Source of the DNA: Candidatus Omnitrophota bacterium
GTDB lineage: Bacteria; Omnitrophota; Gorgyraeia; Gygaellales; Profunditerraquicolaceae
Assembly (NCBI GenBank): GCA_026387315.1
Contig: JAPLLY010000015.1
Coordinates: 22,825 to 86,824, forward strand
DNA length: 64,000 bases
Direction of reading: 5' to 3'
Made by a program: the position numbers and the translations under genes. Shown one piece after another: positions 27,979 to 37,627 of the stretch (the stretch's first letter is position 1; each line of letters begins with the position of its first letter). The notes under the pieces were generated by a model, which saw only the letters and a program-made list of their open reading frames with translations, did not search any database and had not been told where the DNA came from.

Positions 27979-28539
27979 ATGTCTGTTAAGGAAACAATCC
28001 AGGGTACTGAGGAAAAAATGAAAAAGGCTTTTGAATCGATGAATCGCCAGTTTCATGAAGTAAGGACTGGTAGGGCGTCCCCGAGTTTAGTGGAAGGCCT
28101 GCATATTGATTATTACGGAACTCCGACCATGTTAAAACAGTTGGCAGCCATATCCGCGCCGGACGCGCATTTGATCGTTATCCAACCTTGGGATCTTACT
28201 GCGATTGCTGAGATTGAGAAGGCAATTTTGAAATCTAACCTGGGGGTCAGTCCTTCTAATGACGGTAAGATAATTAGAATCACTGTTCCGCAGCTATCCA
28301 AGGAGAGGCGCCAGGAGATGGCTAAGTTGCTGCATAAAATGTCTGAAGACGGGCGAGTATCTTTGCGTACGATTAGAAGAGAAGCTAAAGAATCTGTTGA
28401 GAAGCTGGAGAAGGATAAAATAATTTCTGAAGACGATAAATTTCGCGGTATTGATGAGTTGCAGAAGGTAGTGGATAAGTATATCGCTAAGATTGATGAG
28501 CTTCTTAAGAGCAAAGAAAAAGAAGTGCTCGAGTTTTAA
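27979..28539 (+). CDS. frr: Ribosome recycling factor
   Basis: RTGRASP, YYG.PT, IRREA. Confidence 0.97.
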   Translation: MSVKETIQGTEEKMKKAFESMNRQFHEVRTGRASPSLVEGLHIDYYGTPTMLKQLAAISAPDAHLIVIQPWDLTAIAEIEKAILKSNLGVSPSNDGKIIRITVPQLSKERRQEMAKLLHKMSEDGRVSLRTIRREAKESVEKLEKDKIISEDDKFRGIDELQKVVDKYIAKIDELLKSKEKEVLEF

Positions 28540-28590
28540 GTTATAAGCCGTAAGCCGTAAGTTTAAAGCTTAGAGCTTAAAACTTAAAGT
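28540..28590. repeat. Degenerate heptamer tandem repeat
   Basis: ttataag ccgtaag ccgtaag tttaaag cttagag cttaaaa cttaaag. Confidence 0.6.
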
Positions 28591-28620
28591 TTTTGATAGA
28601 ATTTGGAGTTTATCGGTTTT

Positions 28621-28693
28621 GGGCCTCTAGCTCATCAGGTAGAGCACCACACTTTTAATGTGGTTGTGCCGCGTTCGAGTCGCGGGAGGCTCA
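28621..28693 (+). tRNA. tRNA-Lys(TTT)
   Basis: Acceptor GGGCCTC/GAGGCTC, anticodon arm ccaca-cttttaa-tgtgg, GTTCGAG T-loop; CCA not encoded. Confidence 0.93.
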
Positions 28694-28700
28694 CTTGATT

Positions 28701-28774
28701 TAGCGTAAAGCGTTTAGCGTATAGCGTATAGCGTATAGATTTTCCTAAACGCTATTTACTATACGCTATCCGCT
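28701..28774. repeat. Heptamer tandem repeats (TAGCGTA)n facing inverted (TATACGC)n
   Basis: tagcgta aagcgtt tagcgta tagcgta tagcgta … taaacgc tatttac tatacgc tatccgc. Confidence 0.75.
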
Positions 28775-28781
28775 AACAAGG

Positions 28782-28863
28782 GGGCGGATGGCGAAATTGG
28801 CAGACGCGATAGCCTTAGGAGCTATTGGGGCAACCCTTGGAGGTTCAAATCCTCTTCCGCCCA
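28782..28863 (+). tRNA. tRNA-Leu(TAG)
   Basis: Acceptor GGGCGGA/TCCGCCC, atagc-cttagga-gctat, long variable arm, GGTTCAAATCC. Confidence 0.93.
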
Positions 28864-28948
28864 TAAAAATTTTACGTAGTAAAATTTTTACTCCGAGCGA
28901 TACAACAGTTTTAAATATAGGTTTGAGCGAGGAGAAGCAATGTTGCGG

Positions 28949-28994
28949 CACCCGACGCAGATTGGAATTGCGCCGGTGCGCGATAGGTATCGCG
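28949..28994. repeat. Family D palindrome abutting tRNA-Gly
   Basis: cacccgacgcagattggaattgcgccggtg plus cgcgataggtatcgcg. Confidence 0.7.
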
Positions 28995-29068
28995 GGAGTA
29001 GCTCAGCTGGCTAGAGCTCGACCTTGCCAAGGTCGATGTCGCGGGTTCGAATCCCGTCTCCCGCTCCA
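28992..29068 (+). tRNA. tRNA-Gly(GCC)
   Basis: Acceptor GCGGGAG/CTCCCGC, cgacc-ttgccaa-ggtcg, GGTTCGAATCCC, encoded CCA. Confidence 0.96.
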
Positions 29069-29201
29069 TTTTACGGCAGTAGAGCAGGTAATTTAGATCC
29101 CGCTTCAAATTATTCGGCGGGATAAATACATCCCTTCCTTTTGGCTGCAACAGGTTTAATAATTTAGCCAAAAGGGCGGGACTCATTTAACGGAGAAGCA
29201 A

Positions 29202-29672
29202 ATGCAGATAATGGATTTTCTCTCGAAGAAGGCTATTCTCACTGATATAAAATCCACCAGCAAGGAAGACGTGATTAAAGAAATGGTGGATTTTTTGATT
29301 GAGGCTTCTGACGTGGAAAAACGTAATCGCAATAAGCTCATTGACGCGTTGATGTCCAGAGAAGCATTGGGATCAACGGCCATCGGCCAAGGCATAGCCA
29401 TACCGCATGCAAAATGCGATTGCGTGGATAGGCTGGTGGCCGCCTTTGGCCTTTCCAAAAAGGGCGTGGATTTTGATTCCCTGGACGGTGAATTAGCTTA
29501 TATTTTCTTTTTACTGGTTGCCCCGCAGGATTCCGCCGGCCCGCATCTTAAAGCATTAGCCAGAATATCCCGCCTCTTAAAGGATAAATACTTTCGCGAT
29601 ACCTTACGTACTTGTATGGATGAAAAATCCGTAATCAAGGTTATCACGCAGGAAGACGAAAAAAAGATTTGA
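29202..29672 (+). CDS. ptsN: PTS IIA component, Ntr/fructose type
   Basis: RE.LGSTAIGQGIAIPHA, FDSLDG, HLKALARISR. Confidence 0.88.
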   Translation: MQIMDFLSKKAILTDIKSTSKEDVIKEMVDFLIEASDVEKRNRNKLIDALMSREALGSTAIGQGIAIPHAKCDCVDRLVAAFGLSKKGVDFDSLDGELAYIFFLLVAPQDSAGPHLKALARISRLLKDKYFRDTLRTCMDEKSVIKVITQEDEKKI

Positions 29673-29702
29673 CCCGCAGGGGCACATCTAATTTTTCTAA
29701 AA

Positions 29703-30944
29703 ATGAAAGCTAATACTACCGATATTTTAAAATGGTTTTATCCGGGGATAGGGATTAAGCGCTGGGTGGGCTTAAGCGCTTTTGGTGTCATACTTTTAAT
29801 TTTAGGTACGGCTAATTTACGCAGTGAAGAATTCTGGTTGATTCAAATTTTGGATGCCTTGGTTGTAATTTCGGGAATTATAATTTTAATTTTGGGCATC
29901 AAACGCTTGATGCGTTCTTTTATTGCCATATTTGTTCCATCAAGCAGGGGCACAGAGTTAATTGATATTTTGTATCAAAAGAAGCATTTAAGCCGTGGAG
30001 CGCGTATCGTTACCGTAGGCGGTGGCACAGGATTATCTGTTCTTTTAAGCGGGTTAAAAAATTATACGTCTAATATTTCTGCCGTAGTTACGGTGGCGGA
30101 TAACGGAGGCTCCAGCGGCAGGCTTAGGCAGCAGTTTGATGTTTTACCTCCCGGTGATATACGTAACTGTTTGGTGGCTCTGGCGGATGCCCCAACATTG
30201 ATGCGGGATCTTTTTCAATTTCGATTTGACGCGCATTCAGAGTTTTCCGGGCACTCCTTTGGTAATCTTTTTCTTACGGTAATGACGCGCTTGACTGGTG
30301 ATTTTGAAAAGGCGATTAAGGAGACGAGTAAGGTTTTAGCTTTACGGGGACAGGTTATTCCTTCGACCTTGGGGAATGTAACGTTGGTGGCATATTATTC
30401 AGATGGCTCAATGGTTATCGGAGAAGAGCAGATTCCTTTGGCCAGAAAGCCGATTAACAGAGTTAGCCTTACTCCCGAGGAGCCATTGGCTACGCCGGAT
30501 GCCTTAAAGGCAATTAAAGAAGCGCAGATCATTGTTTTGGGCCCGGGTTCTTTGTACACTAGCATTATCCCGAATTTGTTAATCAAAGAGATTACTCAAG
30601 AGATCGCGGAATCGGAAGCGATAAAAGTTTATGTTTGCAATGTGATGACTCAACCGGGAGAAACCGATGGCTATAGCGTTTCCGATCATATTAAAGCTCT
30701 CCTGAAGCACAGCCATAAACAGATTCTGGATTACTGCGTGGTGAATAATGGCGAGGTGCCTAGTGAGGTATTAAAACGCTACTCCCAGGATAATTCGACT
30801 TTGGTGTTTAATGACCGTAAAAAGATTGAGAATCTTGGGGTACGGGTAATCGAGGAAGATTTCATTATGATTCAGGACGGAGTAATCCGCCATGACGCGG
30901 AAAAGTTAGCCAAGATCGTTTTAAGTTTTATTGAAGAGATTTAG
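29703..30944 (+). CDS. YvcK/GlmR family protein with N-terminal TM segments
   Basis: GGGTGL, ADNGGSSG, PPGDIRNCL, GHSFGNL, GPGSLYTS. Confidence 0.92.
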   Translation: MKANTTDILKWFYPGIGIKRWVGLSAFGVILLILGTANLRSEEFWLIQILDALVVISGIIILILGIKRLMRSFIAIFVPSSRGTELIDILYQKKHLSRGARIVTVGGGTGLSVLLSGLKNYTSNISAVVTVADNGGSSGRLRQQFDVLPPGDIRNCLVALADAPTLMRDLFQFRFDAHSEFSGHSFGNLFLTVMTRLTGDFEKAIKETSKVLALRGQVIPSTLGNVTLVAYYSDGSMVIGEEQIPLARKPINRVSLTPEEPLATPDALKAIKEAQIIVLGPGSLYTSIIPNLLIKEITQEIAESEAIKVYVCNVMTQPGETDGYSVSDHIKALLKHSHKQILDYCVVNNGEVPSEVLKRYSQDNSTLVFNDRKKIENLGVRVIEEDFIMIQDGVIRHDAEKLAKIVLSFIEEI

Positions 30945-31001
30945 GAATTAGATCCTTGTTCGCTGACGATCACAAGGACTCTCGCTGGGTAAGAAACTAT
31001 T

Positions 31002-31271
31002 ATGAGCTTGATTAGAAAAGAATTAATCGTAAAAAATAAACAGGGTTTACACGCGCGGCCGGCTGCTGTATTTGTGCAGATAGCTAATAAATTCGACGCG
31101 CGAATTACTGTGCGTCATGATGACGAAGAGGTTAACGGTAAGTCGATCATGGGTATTCTTATGCTTGGGGCAGAGAAGGATAGTTTGATTGTCATTGAGG
31201 CAGATGGAATGGATGCCGAAGCTGCGTTGGTAGAGTTAGAAAAGCTAATTAGTAGCGAGGAAGAGTTATGA
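31002..31271 (+). CDS. ptsH: Phosphocarrier protein HPr
   Basis: GLHARPA, NGKSIMG. Confidence 0.96.
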   Translation: MSLIRKELIVKNKQGLHARPAAVFVQIANKFDARITVRHDDEEVNGKSIMGILMLGAEKDSLIVIEADGMDAEAALVELEKLISSEEEL

Positions 31272-32998
31272 TTCAACTAAAAGGAATTGCCGCCGCGGGC
31301 GGTATCAGTATCGGGCCGGCTTATATGTTGGGGAAAGAAGAGCTGGTTGTCTTACGCGAAGTGATCAACTGGGCAGATATTCCCAAGCAGATTCAACTTT
31401 TTGAAGAAGCGCTGATTCAGACTCGCCGTGAGATTATTGAACTGCAAAAAAGGATTAGTTCGGATATGGGCCAGGAGGAGGCGCAGATTTTTGACGCGCA
31501 TCTGTTGGTTCTGGAAGACCGGATGCTCATCGAAGAGGTGATTAGCCGCCTTAAAAAAGAACAGCTTAACGTTGCCTATATCTTTTCCGAGGTTTTAAAG
31601 AAATATATCGGTGTGTTTTTGAAAATCGAGGATGAATACCTTAAAGAACGCGCCGCGGATATTAACGATGTTGGTAAAAGGATATTAAGGAATCTTCTGG
31701 GGAAAGAGAAGAAGGGCTTAGATGATATCGGGGCCAAGGCGATTATTGTGGCGCATGATATCTCTCCTTCGGATACCGTGGCAATGCATACCAAGAATGT
31801 TGCTGCTTTTGTTACGGATATCGGCGGCAAGACTTCGCATACCGCGATTATGGCTAAATCCCTGGAGATTCCCGCAGTCGTAGGGTTGGAAGGAGTTACC
31901 TCCAAAGTTAATCCGCAAGATATACTGATTGTTGATGGCAGCATGGGGATCGTGATTATTGATCCCGATGAGGAAACGCTTAAGAGCTATCAGGCGAAAC
32001 TTGAAAAGTTAAAAGGTATCGCGGATAAATTTCTGTCGGTTAAAGATTTATCGGCAGTTACTACCGATGGCCGGGCAATTTTGATTAACGCGAATATTGA
32101 ATTTCCGGATGAGGTGCCCAGCGCCAAGCTGCACGGAGGCCAGGGGATTGGGCTTTACCGCACAGAGTTTTTTTATATGAATCGCAAGGATTCTCCCAGT
32201 GAAGAGGAGCATTATCAGGCTTATAAGTATGTGGCCCAAGAGATGAATCCGCATTCGGTGGTTATTCGTACATTAGATATAGGTGGAGATAAATTTCTAT
32301 CGCAATTTAGGATTCCGCATGAAATGCAGCCGTTTTTAGGGTGGAGGGCGATTAGATTTTGTTTAGCGCGCCCGGATATATTTAAGTTACAGCTGCGCGC
32401 TATCCTGAGGGCTTCAGTGCATGGGAACCTTAAGCTTATGTATCCGATGATTTCCGGGGTTGAGGAGTTGCGGCAGGCAAATCAGCTTCTTGATGAAGCT
32501 AAGCAAGAGCTTAGGCAGAATGGTTTGAAGTTTAATGATAAAATTGAGGTGGGGGTAATGGTGGAGGTTCCTTCAGCGGCAATGACCGCGGATATATTGG
32601 CTAAAGAAGCAGATTTTTTCAGTATCGGGACAAATGATTTAATTCAATACTCCCTGGCAGTTGACCGCAGTAATGAGAAAGTTGCTTATCTTTATGATCC
32701 GGCGCATCCGGCAGTTTTAAGGTTGGTTAAGGGTATTATTGACGCGGCACATCAGGCTAAAATCAAGGTAGCCATGTGCGGAGAGATGGCCGGGGAACCG
32801 TCTTTGGCGCTAATTCTTTTGGGTTTAGGTTTAGATGAGTTTAGTTTACCGCCGCAAGTGATTCCGGAATTAAAGTACGTAATTCGCGCCGTAGGTTTTA
32901 AGGCCGCGCAGGAATTGGCCGCGCAGGCAATGAAACTTTCGACTGGTAAAGAGGTTGAAGAATTTTCGCAAAATAGGTTAGCGGAGATTTTAAAATAA
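31268..32998 (+). CDS. ptsI: PEP-protein phosphotransferase (Enzyme I)
   Basis: GGKTSHTAIMA, GLYRTEF, SIGTNDL, MCGEMAG. Confidence 0.96.
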   Translation: MIQLKGIAAAGGISIGPAYMLGKEELVVLREVINWADIPKQIQLFEEALIQTRREIIELQKRISSDMGQEEAQIFDAHLLVLEDRMLIEEVISRLKKEQLNVAYIFSEVLKKYIGVFLKIEDEYLKERAADINDVGKRILRNLLGKEKKGLDDIGAKAIIVAHDISPSDTVAMHTKNVAAFVTDIGGKTSHTAIMAKSLEIPAVVGLEGVTSKVNPQDILIVDGSMGIVIIDPDEETLKSYQAKLEKLKGIADKFLSVKDLSAVTTDGRAILINANIEFPDEVPSAKLHGGQGIGLYRTEFFYMNRKDSPSEEEHYQAYKYVAQEMNPHSVVIRTLDIGGDKFLSQFRIPHEMQPFLGWRAIRFCLARPDIFKLQLRAILRASVHGNLKLMYPMISGVEELRQANQLLDEAKQELRQNGLKFNDKIEVGVMVEVPSAAMTADILAKEADFFSIGTNDLIQYSLAVDRSNEKVAYLYDPAHPAVLRLVKGIIDAAHQAKIKVAMCGEMAGEPSLALILLGLGLDEFSLPPQVIPELKYVIRAVGFKAAQELAAQAMKLSTGKEVEEFSQNRLAEILK

Positions 32999-33019
32999 GA
33001 AAGAAGGTGCGGGAGTGAA

Positions 33020-33092
33020 CCCCGCACCTTCTAGATATTCCATTATTAAAGCCATAGGGTTTAAAGAATTGAATAAGAAAGAAGGTGCGGGG
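33020..33092. mobile_element. Family B MITE-like element (second copy)
   Basis: CCCCGCACCTTCT…AGAAGGTGCGGGG flanked by TGAA on both sides; extra half arm at 33002-33013. Confidence 0.8.
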
Positions 33093-33841
33093 TGAAAGCG
33101 TTAATTTTAGCTGCCGGATATGCTACCCGGCTTTATCCCTTAACTAAAAAATATCCTAAACCCCTTTTAGAGGTAAAAGACAGACCGATTATAGATTATA
33201 TCATTGATAAATTAGGGTTAGTTGGCCCGATTAATGAGATTTATATCGTAACCAATAGTAAATTTATAGTGGATTTTAGAAAGTGGGCTAAGACGGTAAA
33301 GTCACCTAAGAAGATTACCCTGGTTGATGATTTGACTAAGAATAATCAGGATAGGTTAGGGGCGGTCGGGGATATAAATTTTACGATTAAAAAGAAGAAG
33401 ATTCAAGAGGATCTCTTAGTGGTTGGCGGCGATAATCTATTCAGTGGTTCCCTGCGAGGATTTCTGGATGTTGCTAAGAAAAATATTGCCGCGACCTACC
33501 TGGGCTTATTTAGATTAAAGCGCAAAATTAATGCCAGCCGTTACGGCGTGGTTAAGTTGGATAAGTTAAACAGAGTAATTAGTTTTACGGAGAAGCCTAA
33601 ACACCCGGAGTCAAACCTGGCAGCGATGTGTTTGTATTATATATCAAAAAATCATTTAAATTTGATTAACGCTTATCTGCAGGATGGAAAAAGAAAAGTC
33701 GGTGAAGCCGATGCCACCGGAAGTTATATCGCTTGGTTAAAAGACAAGGTGGATGTTTACGGATATGTATTTAACGGTTCTTGGTTTGACATCGGTGATT
33801 ATAAATACCTAAATATGGCAAAGAAAACATTTGCCAAATAG
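33092..33841 (+). CDS. Sugar-phosphate nucleotidyltransferase family protein
   Basis: LAAGYATRLYPLT..PKPLL, GGDN, EKP, WFDIG. Confidence 0.88.
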   Translation: MKALILAAGYATRLYPLTKKYPKPLLEVKDRPIIDYIIDKLGLVGPINEIYIVTNSKFIVDFRKWAKTVKSPKKITLVDDLTKNNQDRLGAVGDINFTIKKKKIQEDLLVVGGDNLFSGSLRGFLDVAKKNIAATYLGLFRLKRKINASRYGVVKLDKLNRVISFTEKPKHPESNLAAMCLYYISKNHLNLINAYLQDGKRKVGEADATGSYIAWLKDKVDVYGYVFNGSWFDIGDYKYLNMAKKTFAK

Positions 33842-33888
33842 TTACCTTATGACGGCAAGCGGAAAAGTGTTTTCTAGTGATAAAACAA

Positions 33889-33933
33889 GGGGACGGTTCT
33901 CTTTTTTATATTATAAAAAAGAGAACCGTCCCC
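33889..33933. repeat. Family A palindrome
   Basis: GGGGACGGTTCTC…GAGAACCGTCCCC. Confidence 0.9.
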
Positions 33934-33961
33934 GGGATTTTTTAAACGAAAGGGGAAAGTC

Positions 33962-35131
33962 ATGGCTGCGCAGAAGCATTATTTTACTTCAGAGTCGGTA
34001 ACCGAAGGGCATCCGGATAAATTATGCGATCAGATTTCAGACGGGGTCTTGGATGCTTGCCTAAAAAACGATCCTTATTCGCGGGTAGCCTGCGAAACTT
34101 ATGTTACTATGGGGCTTTTAATTGTCGGCGGCGAGATTACGACCCGTGGTTTTATCGATGTGCATGAAATAAGCAGGAAAATAATCGAAGAGATTGGTTA
34201 TGATCACCCTAAATACGGTTTTGATTTTCATACCTGCGCTATTCTTAACGCGATTCATGCCCAGTCTCCGGATATATCACAAGGCGTGGATACCGGTGGA
34301 GCGGGGGATCAGGGTATAATGTTTGGTTATGCTTGTAAGGAGACCAAGGAATTAATGCCGTTGGCTTTAATGTTGGCGCAAAAATTAGCTATGCGTTTAA
34401 CCAGCGTGCGCAAAGAGAAGATTTTAAAATACCTTGGCCCGGACGGAAAGACTCAAGTTACGGTTGAATACGCTAACGGCAAGCCCGTGCGCGTGGATTC
34501 GGTGGTTTTAGCTTCTCAGCATACCGATGATATTTTGGATAAAAGCGGCAAGCGCATTACTGAAAAATCGCGGAGTGAGATTATTCGCCAGGTTGCCGGC
34601 CCGATCCTTAAAGGTTGGGCAGACAAGAATACCAAGTACTTTGTTAATCAGACGGGAAAATTTGTTATTGGCGGCCCGCAGTCTGATACCGGCATGACGG
34701 GAAGGAAAATAATTGTGGATACCTACGGCGGAGCAGTGGCTCATGGCGGCGGGGCATTCTCGGGTAAGGATCCAACTAAGGTTGATCGCTCCGCGGCGTA
34801 TATGTGCCGTTATATTGCCAAGAATATTGTGGGGGCGGGTCTGGCGGAAGAATGCCTTATTCAGCTGGCTTATGTGATCGGCCGGGCAGATCCTTTATCA
34901 GTTATGATAAAAACTGATGGTACCTCGGTTATTTCCGAGGAGGCCTTGGTGAAGTTAGTAAGGCAGAACTTTGAACTTGCGCCTAAGGGAATTATTGAGT
35001 CCTTAAATTTACGCCGGCCTATATATAGGAAGACTGCTAGTTATGGGCATTTTGGAAGACCGGATCCGGAATTTAGCTGGGAGAAACTGGATAAAGTAGA
35101 GAGTTTAAAAAGACAAGCAGCGAAATTGTAG
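33962..35131 (+). CDS. metK: S-adenosylmethionine synthetase
   Basis: [28 protein letters not shown]. Confidence 0.98.
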   Translation: MAAQKHYFTSESVTEGHPDKLCDQISDGVLDACLKNDPYSRVACETYVTMGLLIVGGEITTRGFIDVHEISRKIIEEIGYDHPKYGFDFHTCAILNAIHAQSPDISQGVDTGGAGDQGIMFGYACKETKELMPLALMLAQKLAMRLTSVRKEKILKYLGPDGKTQVTVEYANGKPVRVDSVVLASQHTDDILDKSGKRITEKSRSEIIRQVAGPILKGWADKNTKYFVNQTGKFVIGGPQSDTGMTGRKIIVDTYGGAVAHGGGAFSGKDPTKVDRSAAYMCRYIAKNIVGAGLAEECLIQLAYVIGRADPLSVMIKTDGTSVISEEALVKLVRQNFELAPKGIIESLNLRRPIYRKTASYGHFGRPDPEFSWEKLDKVESLKRQAAKL

Positions 35132-35145
35132 ATTAGCGAAAATCA

Positions 35146-35202
35146 GGGGACGGTTCTATTTTTTTTACTATTTTTTAAATATAAAAAATAGAACCGTCCC
35201 CC
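35146..35202. repeat. Family A palindrome
   Basis: GGGGACGGTTCTA…TAGAACCGTCCCC. Confidence 0.9.
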
Positions 35203-35237
35203 TGTTTTAATTTGAGTTCCGGATTATTTAGTTAACG

Positions 35238-36506
35238 ATGGGAGATAAAATGCAATATGACATTAAAGATATAAAGTTGGCAAAAAAAGGCGCTTTAAGA
35301 ATTGAATGGGCAGCCAAAAATATGCCTGTTTTAGATTTAATTAAACAGAGATTTTCTAAAGAAAAACCTTTAGCCGGCTTTAAGGTCGCCTGCTGTTTAC
35401 ATGTTACTACTGAAACCGCGGTGTTGGCGGATGTTTTAAAATCCGGCGGCGCGGATGTTTATCTGTGCGCGTCCAATCCGCTTTCTACTCAAGATGATGT
35501 GGCTGCTTCTTTAGTAAAAGATTTAAAGATGGCGGTTTTTGCGATTAAGGGCGAGGATACTAAAACTTATTATGTGCATATGAAATCGGCACTAGCCATT
35601 AAGCCGGATATTACCATGGATGACGGCGCAGACCTGGTAAGCACAATTCATCAGCGCCCCGCCCGAATGCATGCTAATATCATTGGCGGCACAGAGGAGA
35701 CTACTACCGGGGTGATCCGGCTGCGGGCTTTGGCGCAAGAAGGAAAATTGCGTTATCCGATAATCGCGGTTAATGATGCCTTAACCAAGCATCTTTTTGA
35801 TAATCGTTACGGCACGGGCCAGTCTACGCTTGACGGGATTATTCGTTCAACGAATAAATTAATTGCCGGGTCTACTTTTGTAGTTTGTGGTTATGGTTGG
35901 TGCGGTAAGGGCATGGCCATGCGCGCAAAAGGTATGGGGGCAAAAGTGGTGGTTATCGAAGTTGACCCTTTGCGGGCCTTAGAGGCGACCATGGATGGTT
36001 TTGAGGTTATGCCTCTTCGCCAGGCAGCCAAAGTTGGAGATATTTTTGTCACGGTTACCGGTGACATTAATGTAATTCGAAAAGAGCATTTTAGTTTAAT
36101 GAAGGATGGCGCGATTGTGGCTAACTCCGGGCATTTTAATGTCGAAATTGATATCCCGGGTTTAGAGGCAATTACAAAATCTAAACGGGCAACTCGCGAT
36201 TTTGTGGATGAATATACCTTAAAAAATAATCGTAAGATTTATCTTTTAGGCCAGGGCCGTTTGATTAATTTGGCAGCCGCCGAAGGCCATCCGGCCAGCG
36301 TGATGGATATGTCTTTTGCTAACCAGGCTTTTTCCGCGGAATACATGGCCAAGAATTACTCTAAATTGCAAAAACAGGTTTATGCGGTTCCTGAGGATAT
36401 TGATAAGAATATCGCCAGGCTTAAGCTTGAGTCTATGGGGATTAAGATAGATGTTTTGACGCCAGAACAGAAGAAATATCTGGCGAGCTGGGAGATGGGG
36501 ACGTAA
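35238..36506 (+). CDS. ahcY: Adenosylhomocysteinase (start may be 35250)
   Basis: [36 protein letters not shown]. Confidence 0.97.
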   Translation: MGDKMQYDIKDIKLAKKGALRIEWAAKNMPVLDLIKQRFSKEKPLAGFKVACCLHVTTETAVLADVLKSGGADVYLCASNPLSTQDDVAASLVKDLKMAVFAIKGEDTKTYYVHMKSALAIKPDITMDDGADLVSTIHQRPARMHANIIGGTEETTTGVIRLRALAQEGKLRYPIIAVNDALTKHLFDNRYGTGQSTLDGIIRSTNKLIAGSTFVVCGYGWCGKGMAMRAKGMGAKVVVIEVDPLRALEATMDGFEVMPLRQAAKVGDIFVTVTGDINVIRKEHFSLMKDGAIVANSGHFNVEIDIPGLEAITKSKRATRDFVDEYTLKNNRKIYLLGQGRLINLAAAEGHPASVMDMSFANQAFSAEYMAKNYSKLQKQVYAVPEDIDKNIARLKLESMGIKIDVLTPEQKKYLASWEMGT

Positions 36507-36521
36507 AAAAATAAAAAACCA

Positions 36522-36575
36522 GGGGACGGTTCTATTTTTCAGATAGAATCGTCCGGGAAAAATAGAACCGTCCCC
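36522..36575. repeat. Family A palindrome with a partial extra arm
   Basis: ggggacggttctat…atagaatcgtcc…atagaaccgtcccc. Confidence 0.85.
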
Positions 36576-36599
36576 ATGTTTCTATCGGGAGAAATTAGC

Positions 36600-37565
36600 A
36601 TGGCGATTAAAAAAATTGCGGTATTAACCACAGGAGGTGACGCCCCGGGAATGAATCCGGCAATTCGTTCTGTGGTGCGCTATGGGATTAGTCAGAAGCT
36701 TGAAGTGATGGGGGTATTTCGGGGCTGGTGGGGCCTGATTAATGAGGAGCTTAAACCTTTAAGCCATCGCTCTGTTTCTGGCATTATCGGCCAGGGTGGA
36801 ACTATTCTTAAGACCGCGCGTTGTCCTGAGTTTAGAACCGAAGAAGGGCAGAGCCGGGGAGCTGAGACGATTAAAAAATATAATATTGATGGTTTAATCG
36901 TTATTGGTGGTAATGGTTCTTTTGCCGCGGCCCATGATTTTTATAAGAAATACAGGGTTCCTTCTGTAGGCATAGCTGCTTCGATTGACAATGATGTTAA
37001 TGGCATAGAGTATACTATAGGAACAGATACCGCGGTGAATACCGCGCTGGACGCCATTGATAAGATTCGCGATACGGCGACGAGTATGGAGCGGATTTTT
37101 GTGGTGGAGGTGATGGGCAGGGAATCCGGATTTATTGCTTTAACGGTTGCCCTTGCCGGAGGGTGTGAAGATATAATTATTCCTGAAAGAGAAATTAATC
37201 TGGATGCAATCTGTCATGATATAGTCCATGGCAATCTGATCGGGAAAATGAGCTGGATTATTATAGTTGCCGAAGGCGCTGGTAAAGCCGAGGATATCGC
37301 CAAAAAGATTACCGATATTACTGGATTAGAAACGCGGGCAGTAGTTTTAGGCCACGTACAAAGAGGCGGCAGCCCAACTGCTCTTAGCCGGGATCTTGCT
37401 TTAAATCTTGGTAAAATTGCAGTGGATTGCTTAATCGCGGGTAAAACTGATATTGCCGTAGGATTAGCTGGTGGTAGAATTATTGAAGTAGCTTTTGAGG
37501 TTGCGATACAGAAAAAAGAATTGAAAATTGATAATTTTTATAAACTAATTAAAATTTTGACTTAA
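36600..37565 (+). CDS. pfkA: 6-phosphofructokinase
   Basis: TGGDAPGMN, IGGNGS, SIDND, EVMGR, LGHVQRGG. Confidence 0.95.
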   Translation: MAIKKIAVLTTGGDAPGMNPAIRSVVRYGISQKLEVMGVFRGWWGLINEELKPLSHRSVSGIIGQGGTILKTARCPEFRTEEGQSRGAETIKKYNIDGLIVIGGNGSFAAAHDFYKKYRVPSVGIAASIDNDVNGIEYTIGTDTAVNTALDAIDKIRDTATSMERIFVVEVMGRESGFIALTVALAGGCEDIIIPEREINLDAICHDIVHGNLIGKMSWIIIVAEGAGKAEDIAKKITDITGLETRAVVLGHVQRGGSPTALSRDLALNLGKIAVDCLIAGKTDIAVGLAGGRIIEVAFEVAIQKKELKIDNFYKLIKILT

Positions 37566-37567
37566 GA

Positions 37568-37612
37568 CACCCCGCGCTAATTGGAATTGCGCGGGTGTTG
37601 TCTAGGTAGACA
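37568..37612. repeat. Family D palindrome
   Basis: caccccgcgctaattggaattgcgcgggtg plus tgtctaggtagaca. Confidence 0.75.
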
Positions 37613-37627
37613 AGGAGAAAGTTAAAA

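Noticed and set aside
28766-29186. ORFs of 61-102 aa in the tRNA region
   Set aside because: They overlap tRNA-Leu and tRNA-Gly and are shadow frames
28992-29200. Integrative element attached at tRNA-Gly
   Set aside because: No integrase follows and I saw no duplicate of the tRNA 3' end; housekeeping PTS genes come next
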